Assembly: GCA_964016885.1 (NCBI GenBank)
Contig: OZ024741.1
Span: 5,518,001 to 5,582,000, forward strand
DNA length: 64,000 nucleotides
Source: Eledone cirrhosa
Taxonomy: Eukaryota
Direction: 5' to 3'
Part shown: positions 62,501 through 64,000 of the stretch, piece after piece
Layout: each line of letters opens with the position of its first letter
Position numbering within the stretch: the stretch's first letter is position 1
Program-made: the position numbers and the translations under genes
Notes under the pieces: generated by a model
The model's database searches: none
Told to the model about the DNA's origin: nothing
The model's input: the letters and a program-made list of their open reading frames with translations, nothing else

Positions 62501-64000
62501 GCTATTACAGTGGTCCACTTGAGGTTATTACAGTGGTCCACTTGAGGAGGCTATTACAGTTGTCCACTTGATGTTATTACAGTGGTCCACTTGTGGAGGT
62601 TATTACAGTGGTCCACTTGAGGTTATTACAGTGGTCGACTTGAGCTTATTACAGTGGTCCACTTGAGGGGGCTATTACAGTGGTCCACTTGAGAAGGTTA
62701 TTACAGTGGTCCACTTGAGGTTATTACAGTGGTCCACTTGAGGAGTTTATTACAGTGGTCCACTTGAGGGGTTATTACAGTTGTCCACTTGAGAAGGTTA
62801 TTACAGTGGTCCACTTGAGGAGGTTATTACAGTGGTCCACTTGATGTTATTACAGTGGTCCACTTGAGGAGGCTATTACAGTGGTCCACTTGAGGAGGTT
62901 ATTACAGTGGTCCACTTGAGGAGGCTATTACAGTGGTCTACTTGAGGTTATTACAGTGGTCCACTTGAGGGGGTTATTACAGTGGTCCACTTGAGGTTAT
63001 TACAGTGGTCCACTTGAGGAGGTTATTACAGTGGTCCAATTGAGGAGGTTATTACAGTGGTCCACTTGAGGTTATTACAGTGGACCAATTGTGGAGGTTA
63101 TTACAGTGGTCCGCTTGAGGAGGTTATTACAGTGGTCCACTTGAGGTTATTACAGTGGTCCACTTGAGGAGGTTATTACAGTGCTCCACTTGAGGTTATT
63201 ACAGTGGTCCACTTGAGGAGGTTATTACAGTGGTCCGTTTGAGGAGGTTATTACAGTGGTCCACTTGAGGTTATTACAGTGGTCCACTTGAGGAGGTTAT
63301 TACAGTGGTCCACTTGAGGAGGTTATTAGAGTGGTCCACTTGAGGAGGTTATTACAGAGGTCCAATTGAGGAGGTTATTACAGTGGTCCACTTGAGGAGG
63401 TTATTACAGTGGTCCAGTTGAGGTTATTACAGTGGTACACTAGAGGAGGTTATTACAGTGGTCCACTTGAGGTTATTACAGTGGTCCACTTGAGGAGGTT
63501 ATTACAGTGGTCCACTTGAGGTTATTACAGTGGTCCACTTGAGGAGGCTATTACAGTGGTCCACTTGAGGTTATTACAGTGGTCCACTTGAGGAGGTTAT
63601 TACAGTGGTCCACTTGAGGTTATTACAGTGGTCCACTTGAGGAGGTTATTACAGTGGTCCAATTGAGGAGGTTATTACAGTGGTCCACTTGATGTTATTA
63701 CAGTGGGCCACTAGAGGAGGTTATTACAGTGGTCCACTTGAGGTTATTACAGTGGTCCACTTGAGGAGGCTATTACAGTGGTCCACTTGAGGAGGTTATT
63801 ACAGTGGTCCACTTGAGGAGGTTATTACAGTAGTCCACTTGAGGTGGTTATTACAGTGGTCCACTTGAGGTGGTTATTACAGTGGTCCACTTGAGGAGGC
63901 TATTACAGTGGTCCACTTGAGGAGGTTATTACAGTGGTCCACTTGAGGTTATTACAGTGGTCCACTTGAGGTTATTATAGTGGTTCACTTGAGGAGGCTA
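58741..64000 (+). repeat. Block V', dispersed relative of 11402-17321
   Basis: Offset is 47,339 (gtccattt 11402/58741, ORF 14332/61671) and changes to 46,679 at the window end (17282/63961). The 660-bp difference equals 709 minus 49. Confidence 0.9.

Larger units (their letters stand above)
1..64000 (+). repeat. Tandem satellite/minisatellite array of mixed 23-bp (GGTTATTACAGTGGTCCACTTGA) and 26-bp (GGAGGYTATTACAGTGGTCCACTTGA) monomers; array runs off both window ends
   Basis: Every line consists of TATTACAGTGGTCCACTTGA separated by GGT, GGAGGT or GGAGGC, with scattered substitutions. I saw no inversion or non-repeat insert. Consensus GC is 10/23 and 12/26, with no CpG. Confidence 0.99.

Noticed and set aside
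1-64000. CRISPR array (short, partly palindromic repeat)
   Set aside because: There are no unique spacers (only 0 or 3 bp between repeats), no leader and no cas genes.
1-64000. Telomerase-made long telomeric repeat (23-26 bp units occur in budding yeasts; GGTTA..CA resembles fission yeast GGTTACA)
   Set aside because: It does not match any telomere repeat I know, and the G-strand bias is weak. Variant patterns copied over 8-12 kb indicate DNA-templated duplication, not repeat-by-repeat synthesis.
1-64000. Single regular higher-order repeat (e.g. 4,519 bp)
   Set aside because: The 4,519 spacing recurs only because it lies inside the larger duplications. Other cassette spacings range from 3.2 to 8.1 kb.
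1-64000. G-quadruplex-forming array
   Set aside because: The consensus has only GG runs with long loops, and G3+ tracts are sporadic variants.
1-64000. Directional mutation signature (RIP, CpG decay or G-to-T excess)
   Set aside because: All substitution classes are visible and the consensus has no CpG. A bias cannot be supported without counting independent events.
1-64000. Embedded mobile element, inversion or unique island
   Set aside because: I found no reverse-oriented monomers (TCAAGTGGACCACTGTAATAA) and no non-satellite stretch while reading through the window.

Overview
The whole 64 kb is one uninterrupted, head-to-tail, single-orientation satellite array of roughly 2,600 monomers (64,000 divided by about 24.5 bp). 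There is no unique flank, gene, RNA gene, transposon or CRISPR spacer. The monomer comes in two lengths that differ by one GGA triplet: 23 bp GGTTATTACAGTGGTCCACTTGA and 26 bp GGAGG(T/C)TATTACAGTGGTCCACTTGA. Each monomer carries an 11-bp dyad, AGTGG-T-CCACT. Rare point variants act as barcodes and show a nested, irregular duplication history rather than one regular higher-order repeat. Small tandem units are 153, 176, 219/268, 542 and 709 bp. There are two near-identical tandem duplications (about 11.3 kb at 13.8-36.5 kb and 8,390 bp at 42.6-59.5 kb) and dispersed copies at offsets of 13,949, 34,741/34,539 and 47,339/46,679 bp. The 14 predicted ORFs are artefacts of lost TGA codons in two recurring variant blocks. 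I do not recognise the satellite family. A eukaryotic origin is an inference from its size and structure. All coordinates and offsets were derived by hand from marker variants, and duplication end points are approximate to a few monomers.
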